Source: Anaerolineae bacterium (lineage in GTDB: Bacteria; Chloroflexota; Anaerolineae; B4-G1; SLSP01). From it: 64,000 bases of DNA. The first letter of the stretch is position 1, and each line of letters begins with the position of its first letter. The stretch covers positions 42,137 to 106,136 of the forward strand of contig DAOOGN010000002.1 of assembly GCA_035415725.1 (NCBI GenBank). Direction: 5' to 3'. The notes beneath the pieces are model-generated. The model made no database searches and had not been told where the DNA came from. It worked only from the letters and a program-made list of their open reading frames with translations. The translations under genes were made by a program, and so were the position numbers. Shown here piece by piece: positions 56,801-64,000 of this stretch.

Positions 56801-57543
56801 GTGAGCAGGCCACCGGTGGCATTCTCCACGGTGAGGGTGTAAGTGTAGGACGCGCCGGGCAGCACGGCGGCGGGACCGGTTTTGGCGACGATGAGAGCGC
56901 CGCCGGGCATACCACAACTATGCGTCGGTGAGGCGCTGTGGCGAGGTGTAGGCGCTCCGGTGCTGAAATCGGCGGCGTTGTTGTCGGTATCTGTACAACC
57001 TTCGGCCGCGCGAAGCGCTGCTGTGGTGTTGGTCAGGGCTGGTGCGGGTCCGCTGCCTTCGTAACAGTTGGCGCTGCCGTAACCGACCATGTCCATCAAG
57101 CCGGTTGGACACGCGCCGCTGAGCGCGGTTGTGCTATTCACTAGCGCGACTTTGCCGTTGCTGCTGCTCATCGCAATGGTCCCAGTCGCATCGGGCGTCG
57201 GCAGTGGCGTCGTTCCTCCTGTCCCTTGTGCTTCTTGAACCAGATAGTATTCACCGGGTCCGATAGATCTGGAGAGGTTGGTAACTTGCCATGAGGTTCC
57301 TGTGGAAGAGGCGTACTGTACCGACCACCCTGCCAGGTCTACAGTGGCAGCGCCAGCATTAAACAGTTCAATGAAATCGTGGGTGTATGTGGCACCAGAG
57401 TTGCCGCCGCCGCCATACACCTGGCTGATACGAATGTCATTGGCCTGCGGTGCGGCTGCGACCGGCGTCGTCGGCATTCCCCAGCCGGGGAGCATACCGA
57501 CGATCCATGCCATGGTGAGTAGAATCCTTCCTAGTCTGTGCAT
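50803..57543 (-). CDS. 2246-aa secreted multidomain protein: N-terminal lamin-tail domain, three OB-fold-like modules, DUF11 repeats, Ig-like domains, central PHP phosphoesterase domain, C-terminal alpha/beta domain and DUF11 repeats
   Basis: LTD: IRISQVYGGGGNSGATYTHDFIELFN...WSVQYAS; PHP: HGDIHNHTSYSDGSGTPTEALAAGRAAGFDFMAITDHS; OB-like modules with FVIQDDTGGLYIYTGG / LYVQDDTGGITVHAP; DUF11-like YTLTVENATGG..LSDTLP repeats; GGAGG SD before ATG 57543. Confidence 0.8.
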   Translation of the reverse strand: MHRLGRILLTMAWIVGMLPGWGMPTTPVAAAPQANDIRISQVYGGGGNSGATYTHDFIELFNAGAATVDLAGWSVQYASSTGTSWQVTNLSRSIGPGEYYLVQEAQGTGGTTPLPTPDATGTIAMSSSNGKVALVNSTTALSGACPTGLMDMVGYGSANCYEGSGPAPALTNTTAALRAAEGCTDTDNNAADFSTGAPTPRHSASPTHSCGMPGGALIVAKTGPAAVLPGASYTYTLTVENATGGLLTNVVLSDTLPIDVGYASSDPAGTWDAASHTITWTQATFADAATLTYTLAVTAPTTWGAVSNADYAAWAIEWVTPTSGSAVSTVVNDCGSIEKIQSNRDSSGNSLCDGYPATVEGVVYAVYPVGYAIADAAGPWHGLYIYTGSGGAKPAMGDELSVTGTVDEYFNMTELTGSSFTVLSSGNTPYAASIADVGDIATESATAESYESVLVEVNDVTVDGANLGYGEWSVTDGGASVRVNDLGYVYTPSLGDFLSTVRGMLNYANSNFKIEPRDAGDVVPGTPTGLLVSKTGPATTTAGSVFSYTLVVENQTATQLNDLVVSDTLPLDADFASAVPAGTWDAATHTITWTETTLAHDTALTVTIFVTAPTESAMLSNRSYAAWASNWLTPETGSAVNTAVLGAGVTPIAVARAAGAGWNGSIQGKVTVPPGIYRGNAFVIQDDTGGLYIYTGGTTLPAISLGDTVRVTGTLKLYNGLLEIDPMTGIANLGSGTPPDPLSLTTGAVAANEGWLVRVTGAATWSGTPPAPGASDFTVTSINDGSGGVQVFVDKDTAIDLRGYTSGQQLTIIGFVGNYNGTRQVMPRYQSDIWDMLPPQVTATYPAADASDVYPYFPITATFSKALDAATVTTETFTLEDALGPVEGAVSYDAGTRTAAFEPATALDAQTRYTATLTTGIEATHGIPMAADYVWSFTTGDEDTTAPTITGRAPAPDAADVPLSVNVVVTFSEALDPATLPGHFTLTGPYGAVPVALSYNATAFVVTLNPSSNLLPTARYTATVAADVADWAGNTLGTPSTWNFETAVEPPMSAYHGDIHNHTSYSDGSGTPTEALAAGRAAGFDFMAITDHSYAIDDSEWGDILSAVNAATVDGTFVALRGFEYTQGAEGHINVYNTVRHAVRTNTGCAYCDYTPNLEAGVTVQGFYPWLAITGTVALDDAGTVMQFNHPGWINFNDWAYHPEVGDTARLEEVGNGSGASYAFSEDEYIRSLDYGWKVGATNNADTHSTYWGTNTPHRTGVWMAALRKADLLEALRARRTFATEDANTDLYLKANGTWMGTEIPNTGAVIFEVAYADPDGEIPAALQLISDGGQVITETAPTVADFVWGFDLSITPGVHYYYVKATQADGDRIVSSPVWTTGDEDIAITDVVIQPTIPTIHNPSLLTARVTNRVAAVRSVTVTMAVNGVPIGNPLPVMVSGNADAYANFSWQPTVTGVATVTAALSGAPVGDNPDDNAGQLVLDVTDQKLPLILIDAGHGNTNAMGREMRMFIQDLSDHQYNVLKNLDALTAADLNTDTVKLLLITAPELAYTTDELNAIADYVANGGSLWLCGLADYTGKVAWANTVADRLNAILTAIETRVGTDINMRMNDDEVIDADDNNGYVFGVYWRDFPGEATTSIGVNVETITSWSLNSIRGRTVNDPLTAATSGVTIVVQGDLDPGYGPPSWYDPNHTYNEDADNQNDAYIYNPDWTHANYPSETYVQPDAIPVPMAAVADLPGVGGRIMLYGDSNDPFTTFAYTAGDGKQNELFNLQTVMWLLGQPLHKSTIAQARADAELDNTPDNLDKLVWVEGKITAAYGEFFNVLYVQDDTGGITVHAPAGDISATQYTRGTTVRVVGTIGAYNGDTEIEFFEAEMVQVLAPSTGEVAPRPFTTADAARESNEGWLVQITGTVTSKVGNEAILVDDGSGPIRAFLDGYNGDFSDIAAGDIVTVKGLIAEDGDGRCIRVRNYKMHPAIADDVTKLGSLAEITFTKTVTPTAGVYPGDEITYTLTLHNGNGVPVTGIALTDVLPWEVNFVTWIISATATVNNGVITWSGDLAGGEAVTISFRAAVRTDSFIVAHPVVNSAIFVAANFTGGSASATFYLGGVAEPTLTKTVITRGSVLPGDTVTYTLRLYNPLGVAGGVVLTDTLPTALDFDGWVVQNDASVTDDVITWSGDLGAGAFGVIIFRATLHDDPALYGQTITNTAVFVADNAAPGTAEVAFTVQQEWQIFLPLVARNY

Positions 57544-57796
57544 TTTTTCCTCCGTTTATGGATCGAGTTAAGTTGAGACCGGCAAGTAACCGGGTAAGTC
57601 TTATGTCCAGATGGGACGCAGGTATTATAGCGCCCAACGGAATATGGGCAATAGCTCAATGGGTATCGGGTCAATGATGGGGAAGTGCGCGGGGCGGCGG
57701 TGGCTCGGGCGGGAAGACTTTAGTGCAGTCACATAGATCCCTGAGGATGCGTTTTTCTTGACGGATTGGGCTGCCACGCTACCATGGGGGTTGATG

Positions 57797-58744
57797 AGTA
57801 ACGTTGCCGTGCGGTTGATTTCGCTGATTATGCTGCTCCAGTCGCGCCCCATGTGGAAGGTCGCCGATCTCGCCGACGAGTTGGGCGTCTCCGAGCGCAC
57901 CGTCCACCGCTATATGGGAATGCTGGAAGAGTTAGGCATCCCACTCTATTCTGAGCGCGGCCCTTACGGCGGCTTTGCTCTGGTGCGCGGCTATAAACTT
58001 CCGCCGTTGATCTTCACGGCGGAAGAAGCCACCGTGCTCTACATGGGCGCGAATCTGGTCGGCGAGGTGTGGGGGCAGACATACAAGGACGCGGTCACGG
58101 CAGTCACGGCCAAACTGGACAATGTGCTGCCCGACGATCTGCGCCAGGATGTAGCCAGCGCGCGCCAGAGCCTGGTCATCAGCGGGTTGGCGGCGCGGGA
58201 TTATCGTCCCTGGGAACCAACGATTCATACCCTGCGCAGTTGCATCATCGGACGGTGCTGTGTGCGCATCGTGTATCAGGATTTTTCCCTCGAAGAGACC
58301 TGCCGCGACGTTGAGCCTTATGCGCTCACTTTCCATAGCGGATTGTGGTATCTGGCGGGCTTCTGCCGCCTGCGCCAGGCTATGCGCACTTTCCGTGTGG
58401 ACCGCATCCAGCAGGTTACGCCGTTGAAAATTTCCTTTACCATCCCCCGCGATTTCTCGGCGCGCGATTATATCGTCCAGGCGCTGAGTTTTGAGCAAAA
58501 TTACACCGTCGTTGTCGATGTTGCGGCCGGCGTTGCGCCGCACATCCGCGAGCGTTACGGCCATTGGATGGAACTCATTGAGCATGACGATGGTTCGGTC
58601 ACGGCGCGGTTTGGCGCGTCCACGCTGGAATGGGCCACAGGCTGGGTGCTCAGCTACGGCGAGGCCGTGCGGGTGCTCGAACCGGCGGAACTGGTCGCCC
58701 GGGTGCGCACCGCCGCCGGGGCCATCCTTCGCCAGTACCCGTAG
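57797..58744 (+). CDS. YafY-family transcriptional regulator (HTH + WYL + WCX domains)
   Basis: HTH ...VADLADELGVSERTVHRYM..; WYL-region motif ...YALTFHSGLWYLAGFC...; start taken at ATG 57797 (ORF opens 57758). Confidence 0.75.
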   Translation, partial: SNVAVRLISLIMLLQSRPMWKVADLADELGVSERTVHRYMGMLEELGIPLYSERGPYGGFALVRGYKLPPLIFTAEEATVLYMGANLVGEVWGQTYKDAVTAVTAKLDNVLPDDLRQDVASARQSLVISGLAARDYRPWEPTIHTLRSCIIGRCCVRIVYQDFSLEETCRDVEPYALTFHSGLWYLAGFCRLRQAMRTFRVDRIQQVTPLKISFTIPRDFSARDYIVQALSFEQNYTVVVDVAAGVAPHIRERYGHWMELIEHDDGSVTARFGASTLEWATGWVLSYGEAVRVLEPAELVARVRTAAGAILRQYP

Positions 58745-59016
58745 GATGGCCTTGAAGCGCTCGGCCTCGCTTCCGCGCCAACGTTGCAGGGCTCACACGG
58801 CTTTTCAGGGTGATGATGACAAGGGGTCAGCGGGCGGGTGACGGCAGACCGTCTCCTTCCGTCAGACGTGAAGCGCCGCGCGCCGGTAGCCAAAATACGG
58901 CTGAAACTGGCGTCATCCTGGTTCACCGGGCTTGCCGAAGTTGGAAGTTCAGGTAGCATGAAAGTATCTATCGTGCCCAACGTTCATGGCTTAAAGGCGT
59001 GAAAGGATGGTGCCCC

Positions 59017-62000
59017 ATGGAAAAGTCTCGCTTGCTGGTGATGGGGAACGAGTACACGGCGGTCCACGATGTCGTTGCCGGGTTGCGGGCTGCCGATTAC
59101 CAGGTGGAGGGTGTAGTGACGCCGATGGAAGCGTTGGCCGATCATCCCACATGGGCGGCGGCGCCGGCGGCGATCGTGATCGATGTGGCGCCCGACAACG
59201 CGCTCGCTAGCCTGCAAGTCGTCGAAAAACTCCGCGCCGGCCTCGATACGCCGATTCTCTATCTCGCTTTTGCCGCGGATGCGCTCCTTTTGCAACGCGC
59301 CGGTCTCACGGCACCTTCCGGCTATCTTCTCAAACCCCTTCAGGCGGACGAGTTGTGCCGCGCCGTCGCCGAGATGTTGTACCGGCATGCCAGTGAGAAA
59401 AAGCTGGCCGAGCGTGAGGCAAGTTATCGCGGCCTTTTCGAGGATGCGCCTTTCTCGGTGTGGGAGGAAGATTTCAGCGCCGTCAAAGCCTATCTCGACG
59501 GGCTGGGCATGTCGGTAGAGGAGTTGGAGAGCTGCCTGCGTCACAACCCGGATGTGGTGCAGCATTGCGCTTCCCTCGTCAAAATCGTGAATATCAACCA
59601 GGCTTCGGCGGTGTTGTTCGGTGCTGCGGATAAAACCGCACTGTTGCCGGGGCTGGAGAAACTGTTTGTCGAACAATCCCTGGCCGTTTTTGCCGATGAA
59701 CTGATCGCCTTTTCCCGCCGGCAACAGCGTTTCGAGAGCTATATTGTGGGGCGCAAGCTGAACGGCGAATTGATGGACACACTGTTCCAGGCGACCCTCG
59801 TCTCCGGTTATGAGGATACGTGGGGCAAGGTGTTTATCACGGCCACCGACATCACGGCGCGCAAGGCGGCGGAAGAGGCACTGTTGCAAGAGCATCGGTT
59901 GCTGCGCGCCGTGGTGGACAATCTGCCCGACGCGATCTATGTGAAAGACCTGCAAGGGCGCAAAACACTGGCGAACCGGGCGGACCTGGATAACATGGGC
60001 ATCGCTACGGAAGAGGAAGTATTGGGTAAGACCGATGCCGACATTTTCCCGCCGGAGGTAGCGGCGCACTTCGATACCATTGATCAGCAGGTGTTCAGCA
60101 CGGGGAAACCGCGGCTCAACCATGAGGAATTCCTCTGCAACCGCGAGGGGCGGTGTGTCTGGTTGCTCAGCTCCAAACTGCCGCTCAGGGATTCAGCGGG
60201 ACAGGTGGTCGGACTGGTGGGCATCGGTCGTGACATCACCGAGCGCAAACGCATGGAACTGGAACGCAATTTGACTATGGCGTTGCTGCACGTGATCAAT
60301 GAGAAAGAGGATGTGCTCGATCTCATTCGCGCCGTCCTGGACTTGCTGCAGCACGAGTTGGACTATGAAGCCATAGGCGCGCGTCTCCGGCAAGGGGGTG
60401 ATTTTCCGTACTACGAGACGCGGGGATTTCCGCCTGAGTTTGTGGAGGCCGAAAGTTCACTGTGCGGGATCGATCAGCGGGGCGAGCTGCTGCGCGACAG
60501 GACGGATAATCCCGTGTTGGAATGTGTATGTGGCGATATCCTCTGCGGGCGTTTTAATCCGGCATTGCCGTTCTTTACCGCGCATGGCAGCTTTTGGACC
60601 AACAGTACCACCGCCTTACTGACTTCGATGCGTGAAGCAGACCGGCCGGCGCGCCTGTGCCGTTACTGCAACGGCGCCGGCTATGAATCCGTAGCGCTGA
60701 TCCCTTTGCGCGCCGGCCCCGAGATGCTGGGATTGTTGCAGTTCAATGACCGGCGTCCGGGGCGTTTCAATGCCCAAACGGTGGCTTTGTTGGAGCGTCT
60801 GGCCGACAGTCTGGCTACTGCGATTGCCCACCGGCGCGCTGAAGAAGCGCTGCGCGAGAGCGAAGCTCGGTACCGTGCCCTGGTTGACGCAACGACCGAT
60901 GCGATTTACGGGCATTATGTGAGCGCGGATGGTCTGCCTGGACAGATCTTTGAGGTAAACGAGGTGGCGTGCCGGATGCTGGGGTACACACGCGAGGAAT
61001 TGCTGCGCATGGTGATCCCCGAAGTTGATGCACCTGACTCCGACGTGGATACCCGGGCTGTGGTACGCGAATTAAAAGCGGGCAAGGATGTGCTGTTTTC
61101 GCAGACACATCTCACGCGCGATGGGCGACATCTGCCGGTGGAAGTTCACGCGCGCATGGCGACATACAAAGGGAGACTGGCGATTTTCTCGACGGTACGA
61201 GATATCAGCGAACGGCAACGCGCTGAAGCGGAGCGCCGGCAGGCGGAAGCGGCGCTCAAACGTAGTGAAGCGACGTTGCGCAGCATCTTCCGCGCCGCCT
61301 CCATCGGCATCGGCCTGGTCTCTAACCGCATCCTCTTGCAGGTGAACGATCACATTTGTGAGATGACGGGATACACATCCGCCGAACTGATCGGGCAAAA
61401 CGCCCGTATGCTCTATCCCACCGCTGAAGATTTCGAGCACACCGGGGTGGAAGGATATCGTCAGATCCATGAAGGCGGGACCGTCACCGTTGAAACGCGC
61501 TGGCGACGCAAGGATGGCGAGATTCTTGATGTGTGGCTCAGTTCGACGCCTCTTGATCCGACGGACCTGGATGCCGGGGTCACGTTTACCGTTTTGGATA
61601 TTACCGGGCGCAAACGGGCCAGGCGCGAGCGCGAGCGTTTGCTGGATCAAGTGCAAGAACAGACCCGGCAGATGCAGCAGATCATGGACACGGTTCCCGA
61701 AGGCGTCGTGCTGCTGGACGCTGCACTGCGCCTGCTGCTGTGTAACCCCTCCGCCGTTACCTATCTGCCGATTTTAACGTCCACGCCGACCTGGGAAGCC
61801 GGGCAAATGTTGACCCAGCTTGGCGGACATCCCCTGGCCGAACTGCTCAGCCCGCCGCCCCATGGGTTGTGGCATGAAGTGAACGTAAAGCAGTTTCATT
61901 TCCAGATCACCGCACGCGCCATCGAGACTGACCCGATGCGGGGTGGTTGGGTGCTGGTGATTCGCGATGCGACCGAGGAACATGCCTTTCACGAGACGGT

Positions 62001-63150
62001 GCAGCGCCAGGAGCGACTGGCAACGGTGGGACAGCTCGCCGCCGGCATCGCTCACGATTTCAACAACATCCTGGCAGGAATCGTGCTCTACAGTCAAATG
62101 TCCCTGCGGACGCCGGGCCTTTCGCCTCAACTGCAAGAGCGCCTGACGATCATCACAGACCAGGCGCACCGCGCCGCTACCCTTATCAACCAAATTCTGG
62201 ACTTTAGTCGCAGTTCTGTCTTGGATCGTTTGCCGTTGGACCTCGTCCCCTTGTTGAAAGAACAGGTTAAGCTGTGGGAACGCACGCTGCCGGAAAGCAT
62301 CCAGGTCACGTTCACCTACGACGTGGATGCTTACATCGTCAATGCCGATCCAACACGGATGCAGCAAGTGTTTATGAACCTGGTGCTCAACGCGCGTGAT
62401 GCCATGCCGGAAGGCGGAAAGCTCTGCATCGATCTAAAGCGTTGGCATTTTGCCACAGCAAAACAGACGCCGCTGCCCGATATGCCGCCGGGGGATTGGG
62501 TGGAGGTGTCGGTGACGGACACCGGCGGGGGTATTCCCGATCATGTTTTGCCTTATATCTACGATCCCTTCTTCACGACTAAACCGGCAGGCAAAGGCAC
62601 CGGCCTGGGATTATCGCAAGTGTACGGCATCATCTCCAGCCACGCCGGCTACATTGATGTCAAAACGCAGGTAGGGGTAGGAACGACGTTTACTCTGTAC
62701 TTGCCGGCGCTGGCGTTGCCGGAATCGCCGCCGCCCGTCGTCTTCGACGATCTCCCTATGGGCCACGGCGAGACGATTCTGGTGGTCGAAGACAACGCCG
62801 CTGCGCGCGCGGCCATCGTCGCCAGCCTGGAACTGCTCAACTACCATGTCTTAGAAGCGGCCAATGGAAAGATTGCGCTGGAAGTTTTCACCGCGCACCG
62901 TGAGGATATTGCCGTGGTGTTGACCGACCTGGTGATGGCGGAAATGGGTGGCAAGGCACTAGCTCAGGCGTTGCGCCGTCAGGACCCGGCGGCACGCGTT
63001 GTCGTGATGACCGGACATCCGTTGACGGAGGAACGCGAGGCTCTGCGCGATATAGGCGTACTGGCGTGGATTCAAAAGCCACCGGAGCTGGCGCATCTTG
63101 CCGAGGTGATGCTAGATGCCTGTTCAGGTGCAGCACACTTTGACCCTTAA
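59017..63150 (+). CDS. Hybrid sensor histidine kinase: degenerate N-terminal receiver-like domain, multiple PAS/GAF sensor domains, HisKA, HATPase_c, C-terminal receiver
   Basis: HisKA H-box LAAGIAHDFNNIL; HATPase N/G boxes (MNLVLNARDAM, DTGGGIP, GLGLS); C-terminal REC with ILVVEDN and VLTDLVMAEMGG; several PAS-like blocks; start ATG 59017 after AAAGGA (track start 58999 is GTG). Confidence 0.85.
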   Translation: MEKSRLLVMGNEYTAVHDVVAGLRAADYQVEGVVTPMEALADHPTWAAAPAAIVIDVAPDNALASLQVVEKLRAGLDTPILYLAFAADALLLQRAGLTAPSGYLLKPLQADELCRAVAEMLYRHASEKKLAEREASYRGLFEDAPFSVWEEDFSAVKAYLDGLGMSVEELESCLRHNPDVVQHCASLVKIVNINQASAVLFGAADKTALLPGLEKLFVEQSLAVFADELIAFSRRQQRFESYIVGRKLNGELMDTLFQATLVSGYEDTWGKVFITATDITARKAAEEALLQEHRLLRAVVDNLPDAIYVKDLQGRKTLANRADLDNMGIATEEEVLGKTDADIFPPEVAAHFDTIDQQVFSTGKPRLNHEEFLCNREGRCVWLLSSKLPLRDSAGQVVGLVGIGRDITERKRMELERNLTMALLHVINEKEDVLDLIRAVLDLLQHELDYEAIGARLRQGGDFPYYETRGFPPEFVEAESSLCGIDQRGELLRDRTDNPVLECVCGDILCGRFNPALPFFTAHGSFWTNSTTALLTSMREADRPARLCRYCNGAGYESVALIPLRAGPEMLGLLQFNDRRPGRFNAQTVALLERLADSLATAIAHRRAEEALRESEARYRALVDATTDAIYGHYVSADGLPGQIFEVNEVACRMLGYTREELLRMVIPEVDAPDSDVDTRAVVRELKAGKDVLFSQTHLTRDGRHLPVEVHARMATYKGRLAIFSTVRDISERQRAEAERRQAEAALKRSEATLRSIFRAASIGIGLVSNRILLQVNDHICEMTGYTSAELIGQNARMLYPTAEDFEHTGVEGYRQIHEGGTVTVETRWRRKDGEILDVWLSSTPLDPTDLDAGVTFTVLDITGRKRARRERERLLDQVQEQTRQMQQIMDTVPEGVVLLDAALRLLLCNPSAVTYLPILTSTPTWEAGQMLTQLGGHPLAELLSPPPHGLWHEVNVKQFHFQITARAIETDPMRGGWVLVIRDATEEHAFHETVQRQERLATVGQLAAGIAHDFNNILAGIVLYSQMSLRTPGLSPQLQERLTIITDQAHRAATLINQILDFSRSSVLDRLPLDLVPLLKEQVKLWERTLPESIQVTFTYDVDAYIVNADPTRMQQVFMNLVLNARDAMPEGGKLCIDLKRWHFATAKQTPLPDMPPGDWVEVSVTDTGGGIPDHVLPYIYDPFFTTKPAGKGTGLGLSQVYGIISSHAGYIDVKTQVGVGTTFTLYLPALALPESPPPVVFDDLPMGHGETILVVEDNAAARAAIVASLELLNYHVLEAANGKIALEVFTAHREDIAVVLTDLVMAEMGGKALAQALRRQDPAARVVVMTGHPLTEEREALRDIGVLAWIQKPPELAHLAEVMLDACSGAAHFDP

Positions 63151-63275
63151 GGCGCCACTTCAGCCTGACAGCGCGTCGCCATCTCTCGCGCGGCGTCGAG
63201 CAGCATCTTTGTATCCAGCCCCACGGAGATGAAGCGGAAGCCTTGCGCGACACGCTGCGCCACTTCGCCGGAGAG

Positions 63276-64000
63276 TTACAAACTTTTTACCATCGGCAGC
63301 GTCAACAGCGCGTGGGGGACGATGAGCACGTCCAGTACGCTTCCCAAATCCGCGACGACGATCCGCCATGCCTCTTCCATGGTCTGCGCCGGAATCATTT
63401 TGCACGCGGTGACGATCTCCGGACATTCGCTGCCGACGATGATGACGTGGCATTGTTCCAGGACTTTTGCCATGACAAACGCGCGCTGGCCGCCGGGAGG
63501 GTAGCCATTGGCGCGCGCCTCGTCGAGGATGGAGGGCACGTCAGGGGCGTCGCGCATGGCGGCCAGAAACCGCTGTTCACCGACGCCTGCGCCCGCGCCT
63601 TCCTGACAACGCGCCGGCGTGATGTAATAGCCGCCCGGTCGCACGACCGGCGTCGGCGCAAAGTGCAAGTATGAAGGAGCACGGCTGGCCTGGTAGAGAT
63701 TGACGTCTTTGGGAAAGCCTACGCCGCCAATGGCGACATCGACCTGCTGGGGAATGGCTACCTCGTACATAGCCCGTGCAAACTCGACCAGACGCCGGTG
63801 TGTTTCGACCGGCTCGCCGGCCATCACACACACGACGTGCCCGTCGTCATCCAGCACGGCGTTGATGATGAAGCGTAGCCCGGCGCGTAACGCTGCTGCG
63901 GTGATGGCTTCGTGAAAGGGGTTGCCCTCGATTTGTCCCAAACGGGTGTGAGGATCGTCTATAAAGCGTGGACTGTGGCTGTAGGCGATTAACGCCTCGC
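63276..64000 (-). CDS. Partial (3' part) gene, possibly LarA-like nickel-dependent racemase/DUF2088 family; continues beyond window end
   Basis: Only the C-terminal ~240 aa is present; motif GFPKDVNLYQASRA loosely resembles LarA-family conserved region; weak call. Confidence 0.35.
   Translation of the reverse strand, partial: EALIAYSHSPRFIDDPHTRLGQIEGNPFHEAITAAALRAGLRFIINAVLDDDGHVVCVMAGEPVETHRRLVEFARAMYEVAIPQQVDVAIGGVGFPKDVNLYQASRAPSYLHFAPTPVVRPGGYYITPARCQEGAGAGVGEQRFLAAMRDAPDVPSILDEARANGYPPGGQRAFVMAKVLEQCHVIIVGSECPEIVTACKMIPAQTMEEAWRIVVADLGSVLDVLIVPHALLTLPMVKSL

Noticed and set aside
63243-63941. Overlapping plus-strand ORFs (143 aa, 71 aa, 91 aa) at the 3' edge
   Set aside because: Antisense to the partial LarA-like minus-strand gene. 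They are Arg/Asp/His-rich artefacts.
1-64000. CRISPR arrays, tRNA/rRNA genes, IS elements or integrases
   Set aside because: No regularly spaced direct repeats, no tRNA-like cloverleaf candidates in intergenic regions, and no transposase or integrase motifs found on visual scan. Absence is by eye only, not computationally confirmed.

Overview
GC-rich bacterial chromosomal window. The domain repertoire (PT-rich linkers, DHH-CBS-CCA fusion, giant secreted multidomain proteins, many TPR/STAND/CHAT signalling genes) points to a filamentous, high-GC Chloroflexota-like genome; that taxonomic guess is inference only. I found no rRNA, tRNA, CRISPR array or obvious transposase by eye.

Layout:
- **1-22874, minus strand.** One very long, tightly packed operon-like array of at least nine genes. 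Reading 5'->3' on the minus strand it runs: DJ-1/PfpI, a VWA-domain membrane protein, a 1157-aa tubulin/FtsZ-superfamily GTPase, a beta-propeller protein, a 1544-aa protein with a degenerate protein-kinase-like N-terminus and an all-alpha repeat body, a membrane protein with thrombospondin type-3 repeats, a secreted Kelch protein, and a TPR-like helical-repeat protein of at least 2528 aa. That last ORF is absent from the six-frame track because it runs off the window start. I confirmed its frame by hand at its start (ATG at 7584 with an AGGAGG SD) and at two internal points.
- **22875-23331.** A short AT-rich divergent control region.
- **23332-34005, plus strand.** A second signalling cluster: an NB-ARC STAND NTPase whose TPR arm sits in a different frame, an ATPase fused to an OmpR-type wHTH, a kinase-like plus TPR protein, a polytopic membrane protein, and a membrane-anchored CHAT (caspase-like) protease.

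These two divergent clusters are the candidate undescribed system(s). The most striking piece is the giant tubulin/FtsZ-like GTPase operonically linked to VWA, beta-propeller, pseudokinase and giant TPR proteins.

Downstream the window is housekeeping and carbohydrate-utilisation DNA: a DUF2723-type GT-C membrane protein, transketolase, a SAM methyltransferase, a DHH-CBS-CCA-type nucleotidyltransferase fusion, cysS, an AIM24-family protein, a rhodanese lipoprotein, a xylan cluster (GH10 xylanase, MFS transporter, sugar-phosphate isomerase), a 2246-aa secreted protein (LTD, OB-like modules, DUF11, PHP), a WYL regulator, a multi-PAS hybrid histidine kinase, and a partial LarA-like gene at the 3' edge.

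Many long ORFs in the track are antisense or alternate-frame artefacts of the high GC content; I rejected them.
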